Shown here one piece after another: positions 1 to 10,922 of a stretch of 64,000 nucleotides of DNA. Every line of letters starts with the position of its first letter. Within the stretch, counting starts at the first letter, position 1. The notes under the pieces are model-generated. The model had not been told where the DNA came from. It saw nothing but the letters and a program-made list of their open reading frames with translations, and ran no database searches. The position numbers and the translations under genes were made by a program. This DNA comes from Nitrosopumilus sp. (GTDB taxonomy: Archaea > Thermoproteota > Nitrososphaeria > Nitrososphaerales > Nitrosopumilaceae), in contig OZ243974.1 in the NCBI GenBank assembly GCA_965214775.1, positions 1,344,001 through 1,408,000 of the forward strand, given 5' to 3'.

Positions 1-77
1 CGCCCAGCCTGGCCAACGGCGTAAGGTTCAGATCCTTATCTCTTAGGAGTTCGTGGGTTCGAATCCCACCTCCCGCA
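1..77 (+). tRNA. tRNA-Leu(CAG), 5' end truncated by window edge
   Basis: Anticodon arm TAAGG-TTCAGAT-CCTTA, long variable arm (CTC-TTAG-GAG), T-arm GTGGG-TTCGAAT-CCCAC. Confidence 0.9.
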
Positions 78-80
78 TAA

Positions 81-1982
81 TTACAATTTTTTTTGAATGT
101 TTTTCATTAAAAGCCTGTTTACAGTCTCACCAGACGCCTTTCCTCTTAGTTCCTTCATGAGTATTCCCATTAGTGGGCCTATGGCCCTTTCCTTTTGGTT
201 CTTTATCAACTGCTTGTTCTTGTCAACTATTTCCTGAACGATTTTTTCTATGTCTGATTCATCTACTGCTTTTATAGATGATGCCTTCATTGCATCTTCA
301 ACAGTGCCTCTTGATCTTCCAGACATTATGTTCTCAAATATGATTTCAATTGATTCTTTTGCAATTTTTCCTTTCTCTAAAAATTCAAACGCCTTTACAA
401 TCTGCCGGCTTTTTAATAATTCTGTGTCCAGACCGTTTCTTTCCAAGTTTGTGATTGTTGAACAAAATATCGATGCTACAAATGTCGGATTTACCTTTGA
501 TTTTTCCAGAATTTTTTCAAATAAATTGATATACTTTGAGTCAAAGATCTGCTCTGCCAACTGCAAGTTCAGACCGTGTTTTGTCTGCAATTCCTCTAAC
601 GATTCATCCCATGATTTTGGAATGTTCCTTATCGACTCTTCCAGTTCATCTTTAGAAACAATGATTGGAGGGATATCCGTTTCAGGATACATTCTTGCTG
701 CACCCGGTCTTGGGCGAAGAAACTTTGTCTGGCCTTCTTGCGTAGCTAGTCTGGTATCGGTGGGAATTCCATGATTTTTGATATGCTCTATTCTTAGAAC
801 TATTTGATCGGTAACAACCTTCGTTTTTTCCTCTGGACACGCCAAGATGAGAAACCCGTCTGTTTCCTTAATTTTCATGAACTCCCTGATACTGTCAATG
901 TCTGTCTGCTTGAGGCCGTAGTTTGGAAGCTCATCGGAGTGAAAGATTCCTCCGATTCCAAAAAATCTAACCAGTTCTGCCACCTCCTTGCCCAACCGGA
1001 TTCCCTCATATGGCGAAAAGCCAAATAATCCTGCCAGATTTTTGAATGAAATTCCGGCTATCTTCTGTCTTTTCTTTATTGCGTTCTGAATGATCTTTGA
1101 GTCACATTTAGAAAATAACTCGGTAATGTCTCTTCTATCCTCATTTGCATTATGCATCCATTCCCTTCTCCGAAGTTCTTTAGAAATTTTCAAGAGTCCG
1201 TGCTGCCTCATTGCTTCGTATTCTACAACTTTTTGCAATTGATCTAACTGCTGGACTCCTTTGACTTCAATTACGATTCCCCCGTCTCGAATTGAAACAT
1301 TGACATCCTGTCTGATTGACCCTAATCCCCGTCTGACTTTTTTTGTGCTTCTGAGAATTCTTCCTAGCGCCAATGCGACTTTTTTAACGTTTTTTGGATC
1401 TGCTTCAAAAGGCTCTGTGGCAATTTCGACTAGTGGAATTCCCAGCCTTTCTAATCCGAACTTCCTAACAGAACCCTTGGTCCCCAAATTTTTTGCAGCA
1501 TCTTCCTCAAGACATATTGATTGGATGCCGATTCTATCTTCTCCGGTCTCAAAACTTCCGCCTTGCGAAATGAGCATGGTTCTTTGAAAACCAGCTGTAT
1601 TTGAACCGTCTACAACCGTCTTTCTCATCGGATAAATCTCGCCAAATACATTGGAATTCAGTGCAGATGCTATTACTAGCGCAATTTTTTTGGCATCTGC
1701 ATCCAATTCGTGTGGCGGCTCTTCATCTTGTTCGACAAGACAACTGCTTTCAGGATTTCCAAAGTAAACAATGGACTTTGATTTAGATTTTTCAAACAGT
1801 GCAGCCGGATCATACTCTCCCAGCTCACTTTTTGCGGCTCTTAATTTCCTTTGAAATCTAATCGAATACTCCTCAGTCTCTATTGGTTCACAATCACAAA
1901 ATAATTTTTTATTGGTGGCCAACTGCTGGTGTATTTCCAATCCTACCCTGACTCCTAAATCATTTATTTTAACTTCGGTCAA
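81..1982 (-). CDS. gatE: Glu-tRNA(Gln) amidotransferase subunit E
   Basis: GLEIHQQL..KLFC, MRKTVVDGSNTAGFQRT, RPRPGAARMYPETD motifs; adjacent to gatD. Confidence 0.97.
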   Translation of the reverse strand: MTEVKINDLGVRVGLEIHQQLATNKKLFCDCEPIETEEYSIRFQRKLRAAKSELGEYDPAALFEKSKSKSIVYFGNPESSCLVEQDEEPPHELDADAKKIALVIASALNSNVFGEIYPMRKTVVDGSNTAGFQRTMLISQGGSFETGEDRIGIQSICLEEDAAKNLGTKGSVRKFGLERLGIPLVEIATEPFEADPKNVKKVALALGRILRSTKKVRRGLGSIRQDVNVSIRDGGIVIEVKGVQQLDQLQKVVEYEAMRQHGLLKISKELRRREWMHNANEDRRDITELFSKCDSKIIQNAIKKRQKIAGISFKNLAGLFGFSPYEGIRLGKEVAELVRFFGIGGIFHSDELPNYGLKQTDIDSIREFMKIKETDGFLILACPEEKTKVVTDQIVLRIEHIKNHGIPTDTRLATQEGQTKFLRPRPGAARMYPETDIPPIIVSKDELEESIRNIPKSWDESLEELQTKHGLNLQLAEQIFDSKYINLFEKILEKSKVNPTFVASIFCSTITNLERNGLDTELLKSRQIVKAFEFLEKGKIAKESIEIIFENIMSGRSRGTVEDAMKASSIKAVDESDIEKIVQEIVDKNKQLIKNQKERAIGPLMGILMKELRGKASGETVNRLLMKNIQKKL

Positions 1983-1996
1983 TTACTGCCTCCTCC

Positions 1997-3289
1997 TTAC
2001 TTTGATATTTCTGAAGCAATGTTCTGCAACATAATTCTCTTTATTTCATCAGAACTATCATAGTTTCCAGCTGCCCACATTGCCTTGACTAGAGCAACTT
2101 CCGGAATCATATTTTCAAGGGGAATTATGCCCAGATTCAGCAAATCTCTTCCACTTTCATATACTGTCATTCTGACTCTGCCATCAATGCATTGTGACGT
2201 CATGCCCAAGAAAATCCCTTTTTGATCTGCTTTTTTGATTGATTCATACATTACTTTTCCAACGTGACCCAACCCGGTCCCTTCGAAAATAATTCCCCTG
2301 ACTCCTGAATCAATTATTTGTTCCAGACCTTGCGGATCGTATCCTGGATGATATTTCACTAGCGCAACCTTTGTACTCAATTTAATTTTCGGCCGAAATT
2401 CTTTTGTTGAGAAAAATTCTTTTGTCAAGTTCGTTTGAATTTGTTCTTCTGTAATAACAAAAGCTGGATCACCCCCTATGGTTTGAAACGCGCCTCTTTT
2501 ACTAGTGTGATTTTTTCTCACCCTGGTTCCAATATGACAGGCTATCGTATTGTCATTTTCATCTTGGTGCATAACAACGTACACTCCTCTGGCCTTGGTT
2601 TCTGTAATGAATTTTGTTGCGCCGATTAAATTTAATGCGGCATCAGACGATGCTCTGTCTGAAGATCTTTGTGAACCGACAAGTACTATTGGAATGGGAA
2701 ATCCTGCTAATGCAAATGACAAAAATGATGATGTATAATGCATTGTATCTGTTCCATGCGCAACGATTATTCCTGAATAATCTGATTTTTCAAATTCTTT
2801 AATCTTTTTTGCAATTTCCAACCAATTTTCTGGCATGATGTTTTCAGAGTATTCTGATAAGAGAACTTTGGAATCCATGTTTGCAATTTCAGAGAGTTCT
2901 GGAACAGACGAGTTTAATTCTTGGGCAGTCAACACCGGAGTTACCGCGCCTGTTCTATAATCTACTCTGCTTGCTATCGTCCCGCCTGTAGAAAGTAGCA
3001 AGACCTTTGGCAATCCTCCCTTTTTTAAAATCTGTTCAGGTGTTGGAATAATTTTTTTCGATTTTTGATATTTTTCCACTCTTTCAATTTTTGCAATTTC
3101 CAAACCTACGTTGTACCCGCTTTTGAGCTTGATCACAACGTGTTGATCACCACCACCCTCATATCTTGGCATTATGATTCCTGAATACGTAAGATCATCT
3201 GAAAGAATTTTTACAGAGTCTCCCACTGAAATTTGATTGGATTCTAAAAATTCTAATGATTTTCCCTTATATCCTGCATATGCTGACAT
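1997..3289 (-). CDS. gatD: Glu-tRNA(Gln) amidotransferase subunit D
   Basis: Asparaginase-like STGGTIASRVDY and HGTDTM motifs, N-terminal KLKSGYNVG domain. Confidence 0.97.
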   Translation of the reverse strand: MSAYAGYKGKSLEFLESNQISVGDSVKILSDDLTYSGIIMPRYEGGGDQHVVIKLKSGYNVGLEIAKIERVEKYQKSKKIIPTPEQILKKGGLPKVLLLSTGGTIASRVDYRTGAVTPVLTAQELNSSVPELSEIANMDSKVLLSEYSENIMPENWLEIAKKIKEFEKSDYSGIIVAHGTDTMHYTSSFLSFALAGFPIPIVLVGSQRSSDRASSDAALNLIGATKFITETKARGVYVVMHQDENDNTIACHIGTRVRKNHTSKRGAFQTIGGDPAFVITEEQIQTNLTKEFFSTKEFRPKIKLSTKVALVKYHPGYDPQGLEQIIDSGVRGIIFEGTGLGHVGKVMYESIKKADQKGIFLGMTSQCIDGRVRMTVYESGRDLLNLGIIPLENMIPEVALVKAMWAAGNYDSSDEIKRIMLQNIASEISK

Positions 3290-3380
3290 TATTGAGAAGT
3301 TATCTGTTATTTTATTAAAAGTACCTTATTCCCAGCAACTCCGATTGTGACCCCTGCCTGCCCTAGCCCGGATCAGGGGG

Positions 3381-3693
3381 ATAAAAACAAGAAAAAGTTC
3401 CACATCGCCTTTGTCACCAACATGACCCGCTGCACGCCGGAGGATTTGTTTGAGCTTCCCGAGGAGTACCGCAAGAGGTGGGGAATAGAGACCGGATACC
3501 GGGACGTCAAGAGGGCCATGCCGCGCACCTGCAGTCGGAACGATGCCATAAGGCTCATACTGTTCTACCTGTCGCTTGGAATGTCTAACATCTGGATGAT
3601 CGCAAGATCATGGTGCAAAAAAAGGAGGAGATCAAGCTCAAGGTGCTGCTTGCCCGCATTATAAGATGGTGTATGAGACCATGGAACAAAAAG
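3381..3693 (+). pseudogene. ISH3-like transposase, C-terminal part (inverted)
   Basis: AFVTN...EEYRKRWGIETGYRDVK (YREK-like motif) on the opposite strand to the N-terminal part. Confidence 0.8.
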
Positions 3694-4489
3694 CCCCCCT
3701 TTCCAGTATTATCAGGTTGCATCTTATCTTGCTGCTGCCAGAGGATATGGTATACTTGCTGACTGCATCCCTGTGCCCGTCTATGTGCTCCTGTATGGCC
3801 CTCTCAACTCCCTTGGTGCATACTGCAGGAGTCATGAACCGCAACCCGGCATCATTTATCGTGTTGAGTACGTCAACTGAGTAAAACTCCCTGTCCATCA
3901 GGATCATCTGCGGCCTGATGTGCACTCTCTTGATGGTTTTCAATAATTTACGCACGAATTCGGGGTTGAATGCGTCCCTGGTCACCGGAAGGCACGCAAG
4001 GTACGTCTGGTGCTTTTGTCCTACTGTTCTTGCGGTGATGTATGCCTCAGCCGTGCGGGTGCCCGGTCCCCTGTACTTTATCTTGTGGGTCATGTCCGGA
4101 TTGTGGTCGTACCGCGGGATCTTGGTCTTGTCGATGGCCATGATCGGGGATTTTCCAATCAGGCCGCCCTTGATGGAGTCTGTGACGGTCCTGTGCAGGA
4201 TCTTGTCGGCCCTCTTGTGCATCGTTTCATAGTCCACCTGGCCCAGCTTGCCAAGCAGCCAGTCGGCGCCGGGGCTGCGGCCTGCAGAGTCCCGGAGTAT
4301 CTCTGCGGCCTGCTCTGCGCACATGCGCTCCTTGGACATCGTTGCCAGAAGCGCAGCTGCATCCGTTTCATCGTATATTGCGTTGGGTCTGTCAGAGAAT
4401 TTCATGCCTACTGCCGAGACGGAGTTCTGGAACATCTTGCGCTCCCTGTGTCCGTACGGCTTTTGAGCGGCCCTGCCACTTTTTGTCAT
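3659..4489 (-). pseudogene. ISH3-like transposase, N-terminal part
   Basis: Carries AIDKT and LMDREFYS catalytic Asp motifs; frame runs into the inverted segment near 3694. Confidence 0.8.
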
Positions 4490-4874
4490 GCAGGAATTGC
4501 TAAAAGTCCCCCCCTATAGATCCAAGTGATCATAAAAATCTGTCAATTTGCTTTATTTTCAGGCCACAATCGGAACTACTGAACACCCTTGTACATGGTA
4601 AGTTCCGATCGACTCTCAGGCCCAACGGTAATTGTATATCACAGGATACAGATAAGATTTCATATAGCGTCTACTGAGATCGCCGGTCAAGACCCTCAAT
4701 TACCTGTGACCATTGCTATATCAGTGCGCGAAGCACAGGAACACAGCAGCTCGGATATCCCCATTCAACAAATAGTGCGCGAAGCACATGCATAACGAGG
4801 AGTTGATCCATCACCCTGACTACGGCGGAGTTTTTTTATCATGTGTTCAACAAACTAGATCGGAGCACGCGTTT

Positions 4875-5132
4875 TTATTTTCTGTAACTTTTCTTCCGAA
4901 TGTTGATCTCCACGACAAAAATCACCATGACGTTTTGCCGTAACTCCAAAATGATCCTATAGTCTCCTACACGCAGCCTATACAACGAGGAGCCAACCAG
5001 CCTAGTCGTTGCCTTGAATGGATCCTCGTATGCACATTCCAGAATAGAGTCATAAATCCATTGGCTGTACTTCTTGTCTATTTTTTCCAGCTGCCTCACT
5101 GATCTGTCTGACCATTGAACCTGCCAGACCAT
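4875..5132 (-). CDS. relE: RelE/ParE-family type II toxin
   Basis: 85 aa; LYRLRVGDYRIIL and C-terminal RKKSYR typical of RelE. Confidence 0.88.
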   Translation of the reverse strand: MVWQVQWSDRSVRQLEKIDKKYSQWIYDSILECAYEDPFKATTRLVGSSLYRLRVGDYRIILELRQNVMVIFVVEINIRKKSYRK

Positions 5133-5133
5133 C

Positions 5134-5367
5134 TCATTCGAATCCTAGCCTTTCCTTGACCTGTTCGGACGTGTATACGCGCCCCGCCTCTATGTCCGCA
5201 ATGCCTTTTGCAATTCCTTGGATTGTGGCCGGACTGAGCTCACCGTCCTCTTGGGTCATCTTTAAAAGCCTAGCGATCGTCACTTCGTAGGTCTCTTCAG
5301 GATGACTCCTTCGCTTCTTGAGGTCGTCTTTGAGCCTTTGGGAGATTCTTATTACATCCTGACCCAT
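5134..5367 (-). CDS. Putative cognate antitoxin (ribbon-helix-helix-like N-terminus)
   Basis: 77 aa directly upstream of relE; IRIS..LKDDLK..ETYE and acidic ADIEAGRVYTSEQVKERLG tail. Confidence 0.78.
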   Translation of the reverse strand: MGQDVIRISQRLKDDLKKRRSHPEETYEVTIARLLKMTQEDGELSPATIQGIAKGIADIEAGRVYTSEQVKERLGFE

Positions 5368-5530
5368 TGTTCAATATGGCATATTGCGGTATAAAACAAT
5401 ATATGACAGGTACAACATCAGATCCTATTTAAACCGCCTAGGAATCTAGGAAGTATTTGCTTGCCAGCATAAATAGGACCTGAAGTTGTACCCTGGTGCT
5501 GCGCAAGGCCATCAGGCAGTTTGGGACGTC

Positions 5531-6595
5531 TCTATTGTACGAAAATTAGGTCGCACTAATTTGAGGAGGATTGCAAAGGATTACTTTAGGCTTTACCGAT
5601 CAAGAAAACCGATGGTTGTAAGGCTCGAGGCAAAGCAGATCAGATACGCAGTGACGCAATGTGCAGGGGGACGAAAGCCCTCGGAGGTGGCCCCGGAGAT
5701 AGGCGTCACGACAAGGCACGTCCAGCGGATGTATGCCCGGTTCAGGAAGACAGGCGACACGCACCACGTGCCGCTCAAGCCGGGAAGGAAAAAGAGCGCC
5801 CCGGTTCCCGACGGGGACGTGCGCGCAGTCCTGGAGGAGTACAAACACAGTGCAGCAGGGGTGGTTCATACGGCCAAGAGGCTGCGAAGGCAACTCGATA
5901 TAAGCTACTACGAGGTATACAGGATAATGAAAGAAAACGGGCTGGTGACGCCATCGGCTGCAAAATCAATGCCCAGAAAATACGTCCGCTTTGAGCGCAA
6001 ATACTCCAATGCCATGTGGCACGTGGACTGGCATACCATGAAGGATCCGCGCTTTGCAGGGCTCAATTTGGTCACGTTCCTAGACGACTCGTCCAGGTGC
6101 GTGACTGGTGCGGGCCTGTTCAGGGAGGCCACCTCAGAAAACGTCGTGGCGGTCCTGCGGCAGGCCGTGGCCCAGTTCGGCGCGCCTGCCACCATACTCT
6201 CAGACAACGGCAAGTGCTTTGTCGGGGCGCGCTCGGATCCGAAGAAGAAGAAGAGTCCGCCCAAGGGCGGATGGAGGCCCACTGCCTTTGAGGAGGAGCT
6301 GCTCAACTGCGAAATCGGGCTGATAAACTCCAGGCCGTATCACCCGCAGACCAATGGCAAACTGGAGAGATTCCACAGGAGCATCGAGGAGGAGATATGG
6401 AACCACAAGAGTCTGTCTGCATACATCGACTACTATAACGAGGACAGGCTGCACTGGTCGCTTGACATCGACAACTACGAGACGCCGCTGCGGGCATTCT
6501 CCGACAGGGAGGCCACAGAAGCGATCAGGAAAAACAACCCAAGATGGATGGAGGAGGACATTGGTGATGGTGCGACATAATTTTCATATAATACA
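5531..6595 (+). mobile_element. IS481-family insertion sequence, apparently intact
   Basis: Imperfect ~25 bp TIRs (TCTATTGTACGAAAATTAGGTCGCAC / GTGCGACATAATTTTCATATAATACA) flanked by 15-bp TSD GCAGTTTGGGACGTC at 5516-5530 and 6596-6610. Confidence 0.9.
5612..6580 (+). CDS. IS481-family DDE transposase (rve domain); start placed at ATG 5612 inside the TIR-bounded element
   Basis: N-terminal HTH, WHVDW, FLDDSSR, ILSDNG, HPQTNGKLERFHR motifs. Confidence 0.9.
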   Translation: MVVRLEAKQIRYAVTQCAGGRKPSEVAPEIGVTTRHVQRMYARFRKTGDTHHVPLKPGRKKSAPVPDGDVRAVLEEYKHSAAGVVHTAKRLRRQLDISYYEVYRIMKENGLVTPSAAKSMPRKYVRFERKYSNAMWHVDWHTMKDPRFAGLNLVTFLDDSSRCVTGAGLFREATSENVVAVLRQAVAQFGAPATILSDNGKCFVGARSDPKKKKSPPKGGWRPTAFEEELLNCEIGLINSRPYHPQTNGKLERFHRSIEEEIWNHKSLSAYIDYYNEDRLHWSLDIDNYETPLRAFSDREATEAIRKNNPRWMEEDIGDGAT

Positions 6596-6885
6596 GCAGT
6601 TTGGGACGTCTGCCCAGATACTCTCAGACAACGGCAGCTGCTTTACGTCTGCCAGACGCGGTACCCTCCCTCCCCTCGAGGCAACTGGATGCCCACGCTG
6701 TTTGAGAATGAGCTACTAGAGCGTAACATCGTCCTGCTCAACTCGCGTCCGCATCCCCCCAGACCAACGGCAAGTTGGAAAGGTGATTTGAGATGCTTGA
6801 GAACGAGCTGACGCACTTTGAAAGTAGACGAGTTCATCGAGTTCTACAACGAGCGCAGGACGCACTGGTCGCTTGACATCAAACA

Positions 6886-7015
6886 GGGGTTGTCGTCTAA
6901 TTCATCAGAATTCCTGAAAACCATTGAGATGCCATGTGGATCAGGCGTGCACAAGGGCAGAAATTCAGAAAAACGTGCAGATTGAGTCAAATAGATGGAA
7001 TTAGGCGACAACTCC
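6886..7015. mobile_element. MITE family A (~130 bp)
   Basis: TIR GGGGTTGTCG(T/C)CTAATT..AATTAGGCGACAACTCC; 9-bp TSD CATCAAACA (6877-6885, 7016-7024). Confidence 0.85.
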
Positions 7016-7043
7016 CATCAAACATGCAGAGACTCCCAGAATG

Positions 7044-7138
7044 GGTACGAGGTCACCTACCACTGCCAATCAGGCACGAATTGGCATCTGTGACTATGAT
7101 TTTCACGCCTAGCCAACAGGGGGACGTGACCACATACC
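7044..7138. mobile_element. MITE family B, degenerate copy
   Basis: Imperfect TIR GGTACGAGGTCAC/GTGACCACATACC; 6-bp TSD AGAATG; interior resembles 28181-28300 and ~40040-40130. Confidence 0.6.
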
Positions 7139-7563
7139 AGAATGGCGTTCCGGAGCCGGGAGGCCACAGAAGCGATCAGGAAAAGCGACCCCAAATGGAT
7201 GGAGAAGGATACTAATGAGATGCGGAACTAATTTTCATATGAAACACGTAATCGGCACAGATCAAAAAAGTCAGGCAGTTTTTACGGCATTTTTGGTAAA
7301 TACGCACAAGGTCTAATGGACTAACTACGCTAAAGGGCCCGGACGTTTTAACATAGATGGTTACCATTTTATCTGGCGGTGGTAATTTGAGAAAATTTCC
7401 AGCATGCCTGTGCAATTTTTTAATATATCCAAAAAACTTTTCCTCTTTGTCCTTTTTTCTAAATCTTCTTTTCCTTTTCTAATTTTATCAAAATTTCCCA
7501 CCATGACGGCTGAGAAAAATATGATTCAAAACATTACGAGATGCATAGTCAATGTTATGATGA

Positions 7564-9732
7564 CTATCTATAATATGATGCTACTAGTTTTTCGCCAATC
7601 TTGAGGTCTTTTTGTTCCCTTACCTTCTTTACTGCTTCCTCAAAGTGCTTCATGGTTACCTTGGCCTTGATGCTGCTTTTCTCCACATCTTTGACGTCTG
7701 GATGCTTGTCCAGGAATTCATGAATGACTAGTGAAACTGCGGTATTTGCAATTGATGAAGTGTCTGCCCCGCTCATTCCGTCTGTAATCTCTGCAATCTT
7801 TTCCATGTCTACGTCATCACCAACTGGAATCTTTTCTGCATTGATTTCCAATATCCGCCTTCTGCTTTCCTTGTCTGGATTCGGAACCTGGATGATCTTG
7901 TCAAATCTTCCCGGTCTTAGCAGCGCAGGATCGATCATGTCTGCCCTGTTTGTTGCAGCCAAGACAACTACTCCGTGCATGTTTTCCATTCCGTCTAGTT
8001 CTGTCAATAATTGGCTTACGACTCTCTCAGTCACTGCGGTTTCTCCCCCTGCCCCTCTAATCGGTGCAATGGAATCTATTTCGTCAAAGAAAACCACACA
8101 TGGTGCAGACTGCCTTGCTCTCTTGAAAATCTCCCTGATTCCTCTTTCTGATTCACCGACCCATTTGGAAAGTAGCTCAGGACCTCTGACGGAAACAAAA
8201 TTTGCTTCACTTTGTGTTGCAACTGCTTTGGCAAGCAATGTCTTGCCGGTACCGCTTGGACCGTGAAGTAAAATTCCTCTTGGCATACTGTGACCCAGTT
8301 TATCGTAAAGACTGGGGTATTTCATTGGCCATTCGACTGCTTCTTGCAATTCCCGCTTTACTTCTTCCAGACCTCCGACTTCCTCCCATTTGACATCAGG
8401 ATTTTCAATGAACACCTCTCTCATTCCGGATGGCGTTACCTCGATGAGTGCTTTTGTAAAGTCCTCGTGATTTACTATCAATTTGTCAAGTGTCTCTGGC
8501 GGGATCTTTTCTTCTTCTAAGTTAAGAATAGGCAGTAACCTTCTCAAACATTTCATTGCTGCCTCCTTGCACAAGTATTCCAAGTCCGCGCCAACATATC
8601 CGTGGCTGATTCCTGAAATTTTATCGATATTTACGTCATCAGATAACGGCATGTTTCTGCTGTGAATTGCAAGGATGTCTTTCCGACCTTTTTTATCCGG
8701 AACCTTGATCTCGATTTCCCTGTCAAATCTGCCAGGCCTTCTAAGTGCGGGATCTATTGCATTTGGCCTGTTTGTGGCAGAAATTACAATTACCTTGCCT
8801 CTTGCCTCCAATCCGTCCATTAATGACAACATTTGAGAAACAACCCTTCGCTCCACTTCGCCGGTAACCTCCTCTCTTTTTGGTGCAATAGAGTCAATTT
8901 CATCTACGAATATTATTGACGGGGCCTTTTCCCTTGCCTCTTTGAAAATTTCTCTCAGCCTTGCTTCACTCTCGCCATAGAACTTGCTCATAATTTCTGG
9001 ACCTGAAATGCTGATAAAGTGCGCATTACTTTCATTTGCAACTGCTTTGGCAAGTAACGTCTTGCCTGTTCCGGGAGGGCCATAAAGCAAAACTCCCTTT
9101 GGGGCTTCAATTCCCAGCTTTTCAAAAATCTCAGGATGCCTTAACGGCAATTCAATCATCTCTCTAACTTTCTTGATCTCATCTGTCAATCCGCCAATGT
9201 CTTCATAAGTTACTTGAGGTACGCCGCGCAGAGTCTCCCCTTTTTCAGCAATGTGGAATACTGTCTTTTGAGTAACCAGAACAGCATCAGCTGCCGGGGT
9301 TACTCCAATTACCTGAAACGTTAGCCGTCCGCCAAAGTATGGAACCATCACGTTGTCTCCTTTTATGAGCGGCACGCTTTCTAATGCATCGGCAAGATAT
9401 CTCTCATCAATTGGCGGGATTGCCTCAAGTGGCGCGACTACGATTTTTTCGGCTGCAACTGCCTTGATTTTTCTGACAGAAATCGTATCCCCGATTGCAA
9501 TCCCTGAATTGTTTCTGCCCAGTCCGTCGATTCTTATGATTCCTTTGCCCTCGTCTGAAGGGTAAAGCGGCAGACATTTTGCAACCGTTCTCCTTTTACC
9601 CTTGATCTCAATCACATCGCCTGTTGAGGCATTAAGCGTATCCATCGAGTCATAATCAATTCTAGCAACGCCCCTTCCTACATCCCTGGTATATGCTTCT
9701 AGAACCTTGAGAGAAAGAGCGTTTTGACTCAT
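7564..9732 (-). CDS. cdc48: CDC48/VCP family AAA+ ATPase
   Basis: N-domain plus two AAA modules ([22 protein letters not shown]); C-terminal YYR; likely start MSQNALS. Confidence 0.96.
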   Translation of the reverse strand: MSQNALSLKVLEAYTRDVGRGVARIDYDSMDTLNASTGDVIEIKGKRRTVAKCLPLYPSDEGKGIIRIDGLGRNNSGIAIGDTISVRKIKAVAAEKIVVAPLEAIPPIDERYLADALESVPLIKGDNVMVPYFGGRLTFQVIGVTPAADAVLVTQKTVFHIAEKGETLRGVPQVTYEDIGGLTDEIKKVREMIELPLRHPEIFEKLGIEAPKGVLLYGPPGTGKTLLAKAVANESNAHFISISGPEIMSKFYGESEARLREIFKEAREKAPSIIFVDEIDSIAPKREEVTGEVERRVVSQMLSLMDGLEARGKVIVISATNRPNAIDPALRRPGRFDREIEIKVPDKKGRKDILAIHSRNMPLSDDVNIDKISGISHGYVGADLEYLCKEAAMKCLRRLLPILNLEEEKIPPETLDKLIVNHEDFTKALIEVTPSGMREVFIENPDVKWEEVGGLEEVKRELQEAVEWPMKYPSLYDKLGHSMPRGILLHGPSGTGKTLLAKAVATQSEANFVSVRGPELLSKWVGESERGIREIFKRARQSAPCVVFFDEIDSIAPIRGAGGETAVTERVVSQLLTELDGMENMHGVVVLAATNRADMIDPALLRPGRFDKIIQVPNPDKESRRRILEINAEKIPVGDDVDMEKIAEITDGMSGADTSSIANTAVSLVIHEFLDKHPDVKDVEKSSIKAKVTMKHFEEAVKKVREQKDLKIGEKLVASYYR

Positions 9733-9859
9733 ACAGAAAAGCCCCGTGTCCATTTTTTATATCTTTGTGGCAATCATCCTCCTCCCCAAATTATGGCAAA
9801 GCCAAACCTGAAAATCTAATCACAAGCTTAAAATTCTCTGAGCGTCAGAAACCATCAAC

Positions 9860-10594
9860 TTGGGCAAGAGACCGCTGGTGAGGAGAAGGGGCCGTGGAGG
9901 CAACCAGTTTAGATCTACATCTACTGGCAAAGTAGGCACCAAGGCAAACTATCCCCGTTTTCTATTGTCTGAACAACATGAAGGCAAAATCATAGATCTG
10001 GTTCATGAACGTGGAAGAGAAGCCCCTCTGGCAAAAGTCCGTTTTGAAGACGGCTCAATCTCGTTTGTTCCGGCAGTACTGGGTGCCAAAGTCGGCGAAA
10101 CATTGCATTTTGGATTAAAATCAAAGATTGAGCAGGGAAATGTCATCAGTATCCAGAATATTCCTGACGGAACCGTTGTCTGTAACATTGAAAAACACTT
10201 TGGCGACGGTGGAGCAATCGTTAAATCCGCAGGAACCAACGCGACAATCTTCTCCCATGGGGAAGAAGGTGTCACTGTGAAACTGCCCTCCGGGAGATTT
10301 ACTACGCTTAATCCGAAAAATCGAGCAATGATAGGAACTCTTGCCGGCGGCGGTGTCAGTGAAAGGCCGTTTATGAGTGCCGGCGGAAAGTGGAGAAATT
10401 TCAAGGCTAAAGGCAAGAAATATCCGATTGTCAGGGGCGTTGCCCAGGCAGCTTATGCCCACCCTCATGGTGGTGGCCGTCACCAGCACGTTGGCCAAAG
10501 TTCCACTGTCTCAAGGGATGCCCCGCCGGGAGCAAAAGTTGGAAGCATTGCAGCTAGAAAGACTGGCAGGGCAAGAATTAAAGAAAGAAAGTAA
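9860..10594 (+). CDS. rpl2: 50S ribosomal protein L2
   Basis: MGKRPLVRRRGRG, VRGVAQ..HPHGGG, PPGAKVG. Confidence 0.97.
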   Translation: MGKRPLVRRRGRGGNQFRSTSTGKVGTKANYPRFLLSEQHEGKIIDLVHERGREAPLAKVRFEDGSISFVPAVLGAKVGETLHFGLKSKIEQGNVISIQNIPDGTVVCNIEKHFGDGGAIVKSAGTNATIFSHGEEGVTVKLPSGRFTTLNPKNRAMIGTLAGGGVSERPFMSAGGKWRNFKAKGKKYPIVRGVAQAAYAHPHGGGRHQHVGQSSTVSRDAPPGAKVGSIAARKTGRARIKERK

Positions 10595-10643
10595 CTTTTT
10601 TTCCAAGCCAAAATTGATTAATAGCTCGTAAAAAGACACCCTG

Positions 10644-10922
10644 TTGGCAAACCAGCGAATCCGCATTTTTGTAACCGGAAAGGTACAAGGTGTGTTTTTT
10701 CGTCAAGCCCTTAAGGTCATGGCCAAAAAAAATGACGTGCTTGGTTGGGTTAAAAATTTGAAAGATGGCCGGGTCGAAGCAGTCTTGGAAGGAGACAGGG
10801 AGAAAGTCGGCAGGCTGATTGAATGGGCACATGGGGGCCCGGCCAATGCCAGAGTGGAGGACGTTGAAATCAGAAATGAAGAGTTTGCCGGAGAGTTCTC
10901 AAAATTTGACGTTCTGTATTAG
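10644..10922 (+). CDS. acyP: Acylphosphatase
   Basis: GKVQGVFFR, GWVKNLKDGRVE, HGGPANARV. Confidence 0.93.
   Translation: MANQRIRIFVTGKVQGVFFRQALKVMAKKNDVLGWVKNLKDGRVEAVLEGDREKVGRLIEWAHGGPANARVEDVEIRNEEFAGEFSKFDVLY

Larger units (their letters stand above)
3333..4581 (-). mobile_element. ISH3/IS4-type insertion sequence, defective (internal inversion and frameshift)
   Basis: Imperfect TIRs CAGCAACTCCGATTGTG (3333) and CAGTAGTTCCGATTGTG (reverse complement ending 4581); DDE motifs MAIDKT, ILMDREFY, YRKRWGIETGYR split over opposite strands. Confidence 0.85.
6611..7247 (+). pseudogene. Degraded IS481 copy (host of the intact IS481 and two MITEs); its 5' part lies at ~5486-5530
   Basis: Frameshifted SAQILSDNG, PQTNGKLE, HWSLDI, REATEAIRK..PKWME; ends in TIR-like TAATTTTCATATGAAACA. 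Confidence 0.8.
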
